Below are positions 15,501-23,962 of a DNA stretch of 25,185 nucleotides, in pieces. The DNA is from a virus (Duplodnaviria > Caudoviricetes). The first letter of the stretch is position 1, and the number at the start of each line of letters is the position of its first letter. The stretch lies in the IMG/VR virus record IMGVR_UViG_3300042315_000848, positions 1 to 25,185 of that record; one strand, 5' to 3'. Below the pieces are notes generated by a model. The model was not told the DNA's origin and ran no database searches. It was given only the letters and a program-made list of their open reading frames with translations. Both the position numbers and the translations under genes were made by a program.

Positions 15501-18148
15501 GGCGTCTGTGTGAATACCTCGCCAACTTTTCCGGTAAATGCCTGCCCGGCAGAAATGATTGGCACTCCCACCGCGATCGAAATTGTCGCCGTTTCAGAGC
15601 TTGAACCGCCGGGGCCAGTAGCTGTCAGGTGGATTATTGAAGTTCCTCTATCTTGCGGTGTGCCGGTGATCACTCCTGTGGTTGCGTTTAGCGTCGCCCA
15701 ACTCGGCAGACCCGTGGCACTCCATGAAGTCACCGGGCGGTTGGTAGAGTCAGTCAGACTGAAAGTCTTGCTGAAAGCCGTGCCAACCTTGCCGGAGGCT
15801 GTCTGGCCCGCCGTGATGATTGGCGCACCTTCGGCGATCGTGAAGGCAATCGATTTTGAGTTTGAAAACACGCTTCCGGAGGCGACGACCGTGCTAGTGA
15901 ACGCTCCCTTTTTAGATGGCGAGCCCGTGATTTCTCCGGTTGTAGAGTTAATGGAAAGGCCGGCAGGAAGCCCCGAAGCGCTCCATGACGAAACTGGCCT
16001 GTTCTCACTGTCGGTCAACTCGGGGGTTCTTGAAAACGCCACACCCACTTTTCCGGAAAAACTTTGTCCGCTTGTGATGATGGGCGCCCCTGCAATAATT
16101 AAAATTTCAACTTGCTCGGAATCAGCTCCGCCGGGACCTGTGGCTGTGATGGTGGGGTTGAATTCTCCGACATTAGTTGGAGTGCCCGTGATCGCTCCTG
16201 TGCTGGAGTTAATTGAGAGCCCTGCGGGAAGTCCTGTGGCACTCCAGCTTGTCACAGGGCGATTTCCGCCGCTATCGTCCACGGAGATTGTCCAATTAAA
16301 CGGCGATCCGTAGGGGCTCTCTATGCTTTGACCTGGAACGATGATTGGCGCCCCGGCAGAGATTGAAAATGAAATTACCGCTGAGGAATCTCCACCCGGC
16401 CCTCCTGCGCCAATGGTGGCTGAAAAGTTCGTTATTTTTGTCGGGGTTGCAGTGATTGCGCCGGTGGCATTGTTAATCGAGAATCCGGCGGGAAGCGTGA
16501 TCGACTCCCAAGAGGTCACCGGCCGATCCGCGAGGTCTTGCATGGCCGGGGTCTTGGAAAATGCAACCCCGACTTTACCTGTAAGCGATTGATTTGGCGC
16601 AAAGAGAGGCGCGCCTTTTTCTACGGAAAAGCTCACAACCGCTGTGCTCGAACCCTTGCTCGAGCTGGCCGTGATGGACGATGAAAATGGTCCAGAGTCC
16701 AGCGGCGTGCCGGTGATCGCGCCTGTCGAAGTATTCAGAACCAATCCGGGCGGCACACTGCCAGAGAAAGCCGTGGCTGGGCGGTCTGCCGCATCCGTTA
16801 GGTTCAGTTTTCCTGAAAAAGACACCCCGACTTTGGCTGTAAATGATTGGCCAGCCGTTAAAATAGGCGTTCCGGTGGCGATTGAAAACGAGACCGTTGT
16901 GCCAGGAGGTTTGGCCGCAGAAATGAAAGCAGAAGAATCGTGGTTGGTAAGGCTCGGAAAAACCACGGACCCATTGGTTCTGTGGACAAAAAAGAATCTC
17001 TGAGACGAAGTGATTGTGGAAATGTTTGAAATCGCAGGCACCGCGATTTGCTCATTTCGGCTCCAGTAAATTAACGACCCGTTGGATTTCAGTCCTAAAA
17101 AACCACTGCGCGTGGCGGTGATCTTAGTGAAAACTCCAGTTGGATTCCACGAAATCAGGTTGGACTCACGGTCCACAATTCCAGGGTTGTGGCGCGGCTC
17201 GAGGCGCGACCACGAAACAACCGTGCCATCTTGCAAGCGAGCTGCATAGTCACGATCGCTGGCCACAATTTCCACCACAGGCACTGCAGGCGTAATCTCT
17301 TCAATGAAGGTTGCACCTGTATAAATGGCACCACCGGCGATGGATTCCGGCACGCCGTTCCATGGCACTTGGTTCACCTGCCATTCGCCCGACCAAGAAA
17401 AATCGATGACCGCTCCATTGGAGAGCAATCCGATCGTCCCCTTTTCACCCACAGCAATTTTCTTAATGTTTCGCGTGGTGTGCTGCGGGGGGCGGCTAAT
17501 GCTGGCCCCTTCAAGAGTTGCTCCGCCATAATAATACAAATACTCCCCCTCGAAGAAAACCGTCTCGCCATACACATTGTAAACATACCGGTCTCCATCC
17601 GCTTGATTGCCCCAGGGCACCACTTGGCCTGCCGAGGTGATAGCATACGAGCGGTCGTAACCGGCGGCAATGTCCACGATACCACTCATCGCTGGAGCGG
17701 TTTGCTCGGTGTCATAGTCAAACATGACATTGACTTTGCCTGCAGTAGTCAGGGCGATGGCATGCTTTGATCCCGCCGCGATTTTCGACACGCTGGACAA
17801 GGTTTTCTTGAGATCAAAAACCGGGCTGCTTGCCGTGTATCCACCCCACGCGTAAGCAATGCCAGTTGAAGTCAATCCGATCATGACATCCTCGCGCTGC
17901 TCGAGGTAATTTAAAAAATCCCCGCCAGCGAATGCGGTGATCCGTGAGCAGTCAATTTTCGGGGAAAAAGATCCTCTCTTCGTCGGTGTTCCAGTAATTG
18001 CGCCCGAAGTAGAATTTATAGAAAGCCCATCCGGCAACGAGCCAGACACAACTCTCCAAGGACCAGGAGTGTTTGTGAAAAGCGGCGTGGCTGAAAAGGT
18101 GTCGCCGTAATTGATTGAGAAACTTTGATTGGGATTTACCGTGGCCAT
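12506..18148 (-). CDS. 1880-aa tail protein: 15 He_PIG-like Ig repeats, RCC1/BLIP-II-like insert, C-terminal ~240-aa non-repeat domain
   Basis: 15 copies of LPxG/W...(T)GxI(T/S)GTP at ~87-aa spacing; RCC1-like IAAGSKHAIAL, IAAGYDRSYAI, GxVxxWG; located directly after the tape measure gene. Confidence 0.85.
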   Translation of the reverse strand: MATVNPNQSFSINYGDTFSATPLFTNTPGPWRVVSGSLPDGLSINSTSGAITGTPTKRGSFSPKIDCSRITAFAGGDFLNYLEQREDVMIGLTSTGIAYAWGGYTASSPVFDLKKTLSSVSKIAAGSKHAIALTTAGKVNVMFDYDTEQTAPAMSGIVDIAAGYDRSYAITSAGQVVPWGNQADGDRYVYNVYGETVFFEGEYLYYYGGATLEGASISRPPQHTTRNIKKIAVGEKGTIGLLSNGAVIDFSWSGEWQVNQVPWNGVPESIAGGAIYTGATFIEEITPAVPVVEIVASDRDYAARLQDGTVVSWSRLEPRHNPGIVDRESNLISWNPTGVFTKITATRSGFLGLKSNGSLIYWSRNEQIAVPAISNISTITSSQRFFFVHRTNGSVVFPSLTNHDSSAFISAAKPPGTTVSFSIATGTPILTAGQSFTAKVGVSFSGKLNLTDAADRPATAFSGSVPPGLVLNTSTGAITGTPLDSGPFSSSITASSSKGSSTAVVSFSVEKGAPLFAPNQSLTGKVGVAFSKTPAMQDLADRPVTSWESITLPAGFSINNATGAITATPTKITNFSATIGAGGPGGDSSAVISFSISAGAPIIVPGQSIESPYGSPFNWTISVDDSGGNRPVTSWSATGLPAGLSINSSTGAITGTPTNVGEFNPTITATGPGGADSEQVEILIIAGAPIITSGQSFSGKVGVAFSRTPELTDSENRPVSSWSASGLPAGLSINSTTGEITGSPSKKGAFTSTVVASGSVFSNSKSIAFTIAEGAPIITAGQTASGKVGTAFSKTFSLTDSTNRPVTSWSATGLPSWATLNATTGVITGTPQDRGTSIIHLTATGPGGSSSETATISIAVGVPIISAGQAFTGKVGEVFTQTPALDDALDRPATSWSATGLPDGLSLDVNTGNITGTPTTKGSFTASFTATGIGGTGTATSIAFTIAEGTPIITAGQTASGTVGTAFSKTFSLTDSANRPVTNWSATGLPEGLSLNPATGAITGTPQDVGSATVTLTATGPGGTATKSATISITVGSPIIVAGQSFNGKVGNAFSGTISLTDAVDRPATSWSAIGIPTGLSLNTSTGAITGTPAGKGSFSATFTAAGEGGDGSSRIIVFTIAEGAPAIPPNQAKSGKVGFPFLATFEISKSSDRPVSSVSATGLPSWASLEESAVGLIVSGIPDSVGASTITLRAEGSGGITTEPATISVVDLTPQIEPDQSFSAKVGEPFNNTPSLTSSFAESWEATGLPAGLAINATTGAITGTPTSLGSFAVIVAAKNGGTDTELVTINVAPGAVVIPPGQQFFGQFEVAFSASPALTDPENRPATSWSATGLPSWASIDSATGEITGTPDSSGRATITITAAGDGGSSTQSVVLAIAAGAPLLGQNQTFTGKVGEIFLQTPALVDAEDRPTALWSATDLPQGLSINSSTGAITGTPATHATATASITVSNDYGSDSADIIFTIAAGQPILVDGQKFQGKTQTALNFTIAQTDSANRPATTWAATGLPSGLVISAATGVISGTVPGALQKTATITASGPGGSDSTTITFAFISGPPILQDLSFEGFLSVGFRQIVASGAPIANPITTCTAKGLPEGLTISGTGFISGIPRKMGKFKATVTAGNFVGTSSAQVSITITARSAYKILTANNAFPVALEGTKRIQAFPSGIVLVVQDYAVPTGQEALYEENFSIGQKLLTYAPVSDEEIEFGLRVAKAPSISTRGDGFTIYTVTSYGITNDPRKRVETTRRNFVNITFTAKQITTQGESQTEKNYAATISLLARETVVTAAATSLNEVPAPSDNAMSYILPSGASVSFFEKATFFPGLLGSGGQNTITLPSTASLAAIDQIHFGPYYETTATWGLGTTEFNFGTFYHTIL

Positions 18149-18151
18149 AAA

Positions 18152-20887
18152 TTAAACAAGTGCTGGGGTGGGGAGTTTTTTGGAAAGGGTTTCCATGACG
18201 GTTTTTAGTTCGCCCATGAGCCCCTCAATGTTTCCAAGGATTTTTGTGCCATCGGAACTGTTGAGGCCGAGATCGACTTCTTTTTCCAACTCCTTGCGAA
18301 TGGTTTTGATGGATGCCGAGGCGTCGAGGTTGCCTTTGATGGCTTTGCTCCCAAGGTCGGAGATGGCTTGCTGCGCCTTTGAGGTATCGGCCGTGGCGTT
18401 AAGCGTGACGCCGCGTCTATCCAGCGAGTTGATGGCATTTTGTGCTGGCGTGGTATCGGCCGTGGCGGTGACGGTAGCTTTTTGGCCGTTGTTGCGAAGG
18501 ATGGCATCAAGGGCTTCCTTGGCTTGCTCGGCGGTTTGCAAGCCGAGGGTTTCAACAATCGCCTTGGTGCGCTTCTCCCCGACGACGCCTTTGAGGGCGT
18601 CTTCAAGTTGACTCATTTTTTCAAATCCTTGCGTCTCGAGGAGCGCTTTAGCGGTCTTGGTTCCGGCGAAAGAGTCAAGCTTGACCATGGCGCGGTCGAT
18701 GTCTTTTTCGCCGGTGATTTGGAGCGCGAGTTGCTTTTGAGCCTCGGTGGGAATGCCGTTGAGGTTGGCCTTGACTTCTTCGATGCTGCGCGCCCCGATC
18801 ACCTTGAAAGCCGCCTCGAAATTCTTATTCGCCTTCTCCATGTTTTGGAGGGTGATCTGAGCGTCTTGGAGATTGCTCTTTCCTGTGACCTCAAGCGCCA
18901 CGGCAATTGTTTTCGGGTCTTTATTGAGGGCCAACTCGGCAAGGAGGTCTTTCCAGCGGGTGTCGTCCACCGTGGTGGTGATGGTGACGACGGCGTTGGT
19001 GTCGCCGATGGAGGCGGCGGCGTTTTTGGCGTTGACCATGTTGGTCGCGAGGCGTTCGGCTTCCTTGGCGTTGTTTCCGACGAGCGGCAAGTATTCTGCC
19101 GTCAGCTTTGCGATCTCTTTTTCATTATCCAGTTTCTGCTTTTGCGCTTCGAGAGACTTGACCAATTCCTCGTTGCCGCTGGCCTTGGCGGTGTTGATGG
19201 CGGTCTCGAGTTCGACCAGGGCGACGGCGTTGGCTCTCTCGGTGGCGGCGGCGGCTTCGGCGTCGGCCTTGATTTTGGCACGCGCCTCTTTTTCTTTTTC
19301 GAGCGTTTCGTTGGTCTTTTCGCGCTCGGCGTTGCCTGCGGCGACATTGGCAGCGATGTCTTTTTCTTGAGCTGAAATTTTCGCCTGGAGTCCTTCGAGA
19401 TCGTTAAATAGCGGCGGGACTTTGGCGTAGTTTTCTTCAAAGGATTGCGGAAGTGCTTTGCCAGCATTGATAAACTGATCGGCAATTCGCCCGCCTGCGC
19501 CTTTCAAAGAATCTTCTATGGCAGTAGCAGCCGTCTGGGATTCTCCAGCCATCGCCTTCAAATTGTCAGCGATGCCTTGCGTAAGCATGTTGCCATCAAA
19601 AGCACCCGATAGATTTTCTAAAATGGCTGTCTTGGCTTTCTGGCCAAGAAGTTCAAAAGATGAAACAACGGTTCCGATCAGCGCGCCCGATGGAGAGAAG
19701 ATTTCCCCGAGCAACTGACCTGCGCTCTGGAATGCCGCGATCAGGCGTTTGTAAATCTCATCCGCAGTCTGCGCGGCTTGGAGTTTTAGGCTGTCCCAGA
19801 AAATTGAAAAAGCGGCGGAGATATTTCCGACCTTGATGGCATCCACCGCAGACTGAAATCCCGACATGGCCTGCTCGCCGCCGAGGAAGGCGTCGGCGAG
19901 GTTTTGGCCGATCTTCGCGGCGTCGATGCGGGAGAGGGCCGAGGTGATGGCGTCGATCGCGGGGAGGGCTTTGTCGAGGATGCCTGCGGCGAAGTCTCGG
20001 ACTTTTTCGCCGATGGTTTTGAATCGGTCGCCGACGGCGTCGAAGGTGGCGTTGCGGCGGTCCATGATTTCGGCCATGGATCCTACGGTGTCGCGGGCTT
20101 CGCCGAGTTCGCCGTCGAGATTGGTGAGGAGCGGGAGGAGTTCGGCCCCGGATTTTCCAAAGACTCCCATGGCGGCGGCGGCGCGCTGGGTGGGGTCGTC
20201 AATCGAGTTGATGCCGGAGGAAAGGATTTTGAGTTGCTCGGTGGGGAGCTTGCCTTCGAGTTCGTCCACGGAGACGCCCATGGCGGCGAAGGCATTGGCG
20301 GCAGTGCCGGAGCCGTCGCGGGCGTCCTCGATGTTCTTCTGCATCTTGGCGATGGTGGATCCGACTTTCTCCGCGCCGATGCCGGAATTGTCGAAAGCAC
20401 GCTCGAGGACGAGGAGCTTGCCTGCGGTCTCGCCGGTGGAGGCGGAGAGGTCGGATAGGCGACCGCCGAGGTCGAGGGCGTCAGTGAAGCCTTGGATCGT
20501 GCCACGCACGGCGGCGAAGGCGGAATCGAGGACGGCGGTGAAGGCTTTGGCGGCGATTTGCCCCAGGCCTACGCCAGCAACAAACTGGCCAAACCCCATG
20601 CCGCTCTGCTCGCCCATTTTCTCGCTCTTGTTCCCGGCGTCTTGGATGTCCTTGCCGAGTTCGCCGACTTTGGGGGCCGCGCCTGCGGACTCGTTGCCGA
20701 TCGCTTGGAGTTGCTTCTCCAGGCGCTCGACTTGGCCGAGGCGTTTCATGGTGGATTCCAATTCCTCGAAGGAGAGTTCGCCACTCTTGACCTTCCCCTC
20801 GAGGGTCTGCATCTCGCTTTGGATTTTCTTCAGGCTCTCTTGCAGCCCGACATCCTTGGCTCCGAATTCTACTGAGACATCGGCCAT
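18152..20887 (-). CDS. Tail tape measure protein (911 aa)
   Basis: Long helical Ala/Gly/Lys/Glu-rich protein; MADVSVEFGAKD start; AAAAMGVFGKSGAELLPLL motif; position downstream of TAC. Confidence 0.92.
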   Translation of the reverse strand: MADVSVEFGAKDVGLQESLKKIQSEMQTLEGKVKSGELSFEELESTMKRLGQVERLEKQLQAIGNESAGAAPKVGELGKDIQDAGNKSEKMGEQSGMGFGQFVAGVGLGQIAAKAFTAVLDSAFAAVRGTIQGFTDALDLGGRLSDLSASTGETAGKLLVLERAFDNSGIGAEKVGSTIAKMQKNIEDARDGSGTAANAFAAMGVSVDELEGKLPTEQLKILSSGINSIDDPTQRAAAAMGVFGKSGAELLPLLTNLDGELGEARDTVGSMAEIMDRRNATFDAVGDRFKTIGEKVRDFAAGILDKALPAIDAITSALSRIDAAKIGQNLADAFLGGEQAMSGFQSAVDAIKVGNISAAFSIFWDSLKLQAAQTADEIYKRLIAAFQSAGQLLGEIFSPSGALIGTVVSSFELLGQKAKTAILENLSGAFDGNMLTQGIADNLKAMAGESQTAATAIEDSLKGAGGRIADQFINAGKALPQSFEENYAKVPPLFNDLEGLQAKISAQEKDIAANVAAGNAEREKTNETLEKEKEARAKIKADAEAAAATERANAVALVELETAINTAKASGNEELVKSLEAQKQKLDNEKEIAKLTAEYLPLVGNNAKEAERLATNMVNAKNAAASIGDTNAVVTITTTVDDTRWKDLLAELALNKDPKTIAVALEVTGKSNLQDAQITLQNMEKANKNFEAAFKVIGARSIEEVKANLNGIPTEAQKQLALQITGEKDIDRAMVKLDSFAGTKTAKALLETQGFEKMSQLEDALKGVVGEKRTKAIVETLGLQTAEQAKEALDAILRNNGQKATVTATADTTPAQNAINSLDRRGVTLNATADTSKAQQAISDLGSKAIKGNLDASASIKTIRKELEKEVDLGLNSSDGTKILGNIEGLMGELKTVMETLSKKLPTPALV

Positions 20888-20890
20888 GGC

Positions 20891-21706
20891 TTACGCGGCC
20901 TCCTGGAGTTTGGTTTGGCGGTGTTTAAGAATGCGCTCCATTTGCTTTTTCATTTTGCCTGCGACGATCGAGAGACCTTGGAGCTTTTCGGTTTCGCGGA
21001 GAACCTTGTCGGCATATTTGCAGGTGTTCGTGAGGACGACGGTGGGAGAAAAAATGTTGCCCGTGCGGTCTTCGACTGTTCCGAAATTGTAGTCTCCAAG
21101 ATGCCGCGTGACCCATCCGGGAATATCTCGAGTCATTGATCCAGAACCGACTTTTTTGAGCTGCTTGGCGCAAGCTGCCCAACCGGATTTTGCCATACCG
21201 GATTTGGCTTGTTGGGATTTCACATAGTCCGAAAGCGTGTTGTCTGGGACGAAGTATTTATCCACAAACTTCCAGCGCCCTATGTTTCGCGTGCCGCTGC
21301 CTGCGCTAGACATTTTGCCGTTTTGAAAAGCTCCCTTGTGGATTTGGCGTAAGGTCGCAGCGGTGGCGCCATCAAGAAAGTGCGCGGTGTCGGTGCCATA
21401 GACGGTGCCGTCTTTTTTTACAAAAAGCCGGATATTTCCTGTCTTATATCTCTCGTAATTTGAGGCTACGAAAGCCGTGAGTGTAGAAAAGATGCCGTAT
21501 CGTTTTTTCCCGCCAAGCAGGTCGCGGGCGATTGCTGCTTTGCCTACTTTGTCGTCTTTACCGAATGGCTGAGTGCGGCGGGCAAATTCGACACACAGAA
21601 GCCGAGCGCTCAAGTGGACTGCGTCGGGAATGGTTTTCCCTTGGATCTCGGCGTAGTCTTTCATGATCTGCTCGAACTTGAGGTTTTCGAATTTAATTTT
21701 GGGCAT
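20891..21706 (-). CDS. Basic virion morphogenesis protein (tail-completion/neck, HK97 gp10-like guess)
   Basis: 271-aa Lys/Arg-rich ORF with helical N-terminus ending RRTQP; functional call by resemblance only. Confidence 0.45.
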   Translation of the reverse strand: MPKIKFENLKFEQIMKDYAEIQGKTIPDAVHLSARLLCVEFARRTQPFGKDDKVGKAAIARDLLGGKKRYGIFSTLTAFVASNYERYKTGNIRLFVKKDGTVYGTDTAHFLDGATAATLRQIHKGAFQNGKMSSAGSGTRNIGRWKFVDKYFVPDNTLSDYVKSQQAKSGMAKSGWAACAKQLKKVGSGSMTRDIPGWVTRHLGDYNFGTVEDRTGNIFSPTVVLTNTCKYADKVLRETEKLQGLSIVAGKMKKQMERILKHRQTKLQEAA

Positions 21707-21707
21707 C

Positions 21708-22342
21708 TCAGGTCAGGTTCTCGAAAGCGGCTTCTATGGCTGCGAGGGAGTCAAAATCGGTGGCTCGGTTGTTTCGGCCCCAGACTCGTTTGCGCCCGTG
21801 CGCGAAGTCGTCGGCGTGGAGGATTTGAAGGCCGGCCGCAAACGGCAGGTCTTCGAGGATTTCGCGGAAGCCCCAGCCGGTTGTCTTGGCGATGCGGTAA
21901 ACATAGCTCGCGAGCCAGCCGGGGCTGTTTAGTTTCCCGCCGAATCCTTGGCGCCTGGCTGACTGGAGTAGCTGGCGAAGTATTCGTTGGTGCGCTCGAG
22001 GCACAGGCTTTGCAGGTCGGCGATCTCTTGGGCGCTCGGAGATTGCTTTTCCATCCAGTCGTCCACGGCGGAGGCGAAGCGCGGGAAGTCGTTTACGACG
22101 GCGCGCACGGAGGATTTCGGCGCGCCATGGATGAAGCCGAATCCGCTTGCTCGCCACATGATGTCCATGTCGGTGGCAAGGATTTTGCAGCGCTGCATCC
22201 ATGAGATTTCGAGCGCGGCGGTCGGGCGGAGTTCCCAGCGGGAGAGTTTCTGCGGCCCGCTGGTCATGGCTTGCTCGCGGAGGACTTCGTCGTCGGTTTC
22301 GAGGGTTTCGTTGGTGGTGGATTTGTCGTTGTTTTTTTTCAT
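21708..22342 (-). CDS. Tail assembly chaperone G-T fusion (about 211 aa) via -1 frameshift
   Basis: After G_GGA_AAC the -1 frame reads KLNSPGWLASYVYRIAKTTGWGFREILEDLPF...ENLT*, with the GW..EI..LP pattern typical of gpT domains. Confidence 0.85.
21929..22342 (-). CDS. Tail assembly chaperone G (137 aa)
   Basis: Start MKKNNDK at 22342; ends ...KDSAGN* immediately after the slippery site. Confidence 0.85.
   Translation of the reverse strand: MKKNNDKSTTNETLETDDEVLREQAMTSGPQKLSRWELRPTAALEISWMQRCKILATDMDIMWRASGFGFIHGAPKSSVRAVVNDFPRFASAVDDWMEKQSPSAQEIADLQSLCLERTNEYFASYSSQPGAKDSAGN
21932..21938 (-). other. -1 programmed frameshift heptamer G_GGA_AAC
   Basis: GCG GGA AAC TAA; X_XXY_YYZ in phase, analogous to lambda G/GT GGGAAAG. 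Confidence 0.88.
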
Positions 22343-22743
22343 AGAAATTTGGCGAATCGCTTTTTGTCGGCCTCGGTGGCGTTCTCGGAGATCGAGACGA
22401 TTTTCCCGTTGCGCTCGAAAACGAGTTGGCGCGGGGTGGCTTTGACGACCGAGACGAGGGTGTCGCGGTTGCGGAGGGCGGCGATGAGGTAGGCCACGGG
22501 GTGCTCGGGGTTTTTCTCGAGAAAGATGTCGGCATCGCGGAACCACTCCATGACCTGGTTGGCCTGCTGGCCGGAGGTCGGGTGATTGGCGAGGAAATGA
22601 AAGACGGTCGTCTCGTCGCCGGAATCGCGGCGGATGCGCGTGGCGGGAGCGGCGGGGTTCTCAGGCTCAAAGCCGAGCGTCAAAAGAATCGTGGCGAGCT
22701 TGAGGTCGCGGGTGCTGAATACAGCGAGTGGTTTTGTCGTCAT
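22339..22743 (-). CDS. DUF5659-like protein
   Basis: N-terminal FSTRDLKLATILLTLGF resembles the FxTxDLxLAxxLxxxG signature. Confidence 0.55.
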   Translation of the reverse strand: MTTKPLAVFSTRDLKLATILLTLGFEPENPAAPATRIRRDSGDETTVFHFLANHPTSGQQANQVMEWFRDADIFLEKNPEHPVAYLIAALRNRDTLVSVVKATPRQLVFERNGKIVSISENATEADKKRFAKFL

Positions 22744-22756
22744 TTGTCGTAGGGAG

Positions 22757-22786
22757 GCCCGGCGCGGTGATTCACACGCGCCGGGC
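22757..22786 (-). terminator. GC-rich hairpin without U-tract after the tail tube gene
   Basis: GCCCGGCGCG-(10 nt)-CGCGCCGGGC perfect 10-bp inverted repeat. Confidence 0.55.
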
Positions 22787-22803
22787 GCTGGGTGCGGGTT
22801 GGC

Positions 22804-23172
22804 TTAGGAAGCCGTCATCGTGGTCTGGTAGGAGCGGGCGGTCAGAGAGACGGTCTCGAACTGCTCGGCGGCGAAGTTGCTCGTGAGGCCGGTGACGATG
22901 GTCGTCGCGCCGAGATCCACGGAGCCGGGCATCGTGATGGTCAACGCGCTGCCGACCGAAGCGGAGAAGGTGCCGGTGCGCATGCCCTCGATTGAGATTT
23001 CTTGGATTGGCTCAGCGACCGCCACGGCGACAACTCCGCCTTGGTCGTCTTTGACCTCGGAGAGTGCGGCGGTTTCGTTGACGCTGAAGCTGGTGACGAT
23101 GAGCCCTGTGACATCGGGCGTGCCGTATTCGGCGGAGCTGACTGCGGATGAGCGATAGAGTGTGGCGGCCAT
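22804..23172 (-). CDS. Major tail (tube) protein, minimal 122-aa form
   Basis: Thr/Ser/Val-rich beta protein (IVTSFSVNET...EVKDDQG...EISIEG...VSLTARSY); position after the tail terminator and before TAC. Confidence 0.7.
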   Translation of the reverse strand: MAATLYRSSAVSSAEYGTPDVTGLIVTSFSVNETAALSEVKDDQGGVVAVAVAEPIQEISIEGMRTGTFSASVGSALTITMPGSVDLGATTIVTGLTSNFAAEQFETVSLTARSYQTTMTAS

Positions 23173-23222
23173 GGTGGTGGTGGTGGTGGTGGGTTGGTTG
23201 CGGGTTTCGGAAGGGAGGCGCG

Positions 23223-23229
23223 TGTCAAA
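23223..23229 (-). promoter_or_regulatory. TTTGACA junction motif 4, followed by a 50-nt A/C-rich leader with (CCA)n
   Basis: Contains the TGA stop of 23225..23632. Confidence 0.5.
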
Positions 23230-23632
23230 TGCCGGACGCGGTGAAGGCCAGCGTCAGAGCGGCGGTGGTGACCCACCGGCCGTCGCTTTGTGTGTCGTCC
23301 ACGCTGCGGAGGTCGGCGCCGGCGAGGGTCAGGTCGGGCTCGAAGGCGTCGGCGAGATCGGTGGCGGAAAGCAGGGAGGCGCGGAGGGAGTCGGCGAGGG
23401 CGGCGTGGGCTTCGAGGGATCCTTCGATGACGGAGGGGGTGACGAGGACGATCGAGGCGGTGGCTTTGTAGAAGCCGCGGGCCACGGCTTCGGTGGATTC
23501 GCACCCGGCGAGGAGGACGCTTTGGTCTTGCGGGATCGTGTCGGCGGATTGGCCGGTGTGGACCGGGATGCCGTCAAATGCTGGCTGGCTGCGGAGCCAT
23601 GCGGCGAGGGAGGACTCGACGGGGATGTTCAC
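23225..23632 (-). CDS. Putative tail terminator protein
   Basis: 135 aa, helix-beta pattern and position typical of gpU-like terminators. Confidence 0.55.
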   Translation of the reverse strand: MNIPVESSLAAWLRSQPAFDGIPVHTGQSADTIPQDQSVLLAGCESTEAVARGFYKATASIVLVTPSVIEGSLEAHAALADSLRASLLSATDLADAFEPDLTLAGADLRSVDDTQSDGRWVTTAALTLAFTASGI

Positions 23633-23949
23633 GCGGCACCTCCTGGGGACATGGTGGCGAGGTATTCGCCGGGGGCGTGGGTCTCGGAGACCTGACTGAT
23701 GAAGTAGGTCTTGGCGCTGAACGAAACGGCTTCGCCTCGGCGGGGTGGGCTTTGCAGGTCGGCGGCTAGAAAGCGGATCGAGAACTCGCCGCCTTGGCGG
23801 AGGCCGCCGGTCTCGAGGTCGAGGCCGATGGAGACGGGGGCGAGGCAGACGCGGATCTCAGCCTGGCGGAATTTGACCGTGGTGCCGTGGGCGGTTTGGC
23901 GCAGTTGCGCGGAGCGGATGGCGAGGGCGTTGCGAGCGGTGGGCGACAC
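23629..23949 (-). CDS. Putative head-closure / head-tail joining protein
   Basis: 106 aa, GTG start, PxRGEAV...Y.I..V beta-barrel pattern as in gpFII-like proteins; synteny. Confidence 0.55.
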   Translation of the reverse strand: MSPTARNALAIRSAQLRQTAHGTTVKFRQAEIRVCLAPVSIGLDLETGGLRQGGEFSIRFLAADLQSPPRRGEAVSFSAKTYFISQVSETHAPGEYLATMSPGGAA

Positions 23950-23962
23950 GACACTGGGGCCG

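Noticed and set aside
14529-16313. 594-aa plus-strand ORF
   Set aside because: In-register antisense shadow of the Ig-repeat gene; its periodicity mirrors the sense repeats and it has no independent motifs
18168-21092. Long plus-strand ORFs (408, 311, 184, 165, 147 aa) opposite the tape measure
   Set aside because: Antisense shadows expected from GC-rich codon bias; no start context or recognisable domains
21708-22670. 320-aa ORF as a stand-alone gene
   Set aside because: The N-terminal three quarters overlap two better genes and are Pro/Arg/Ser noise; only the part after the slippery site is credible, as the T domain
23169-23190. Kozak-like CCACCATGG implying eukaryotic translation
   Set aside because: Amidase, lipobox, coupled operons, intrinsic terminator and tRNA attP all indicate a bacterial host; the match is a by-product of the (CCA)n leader
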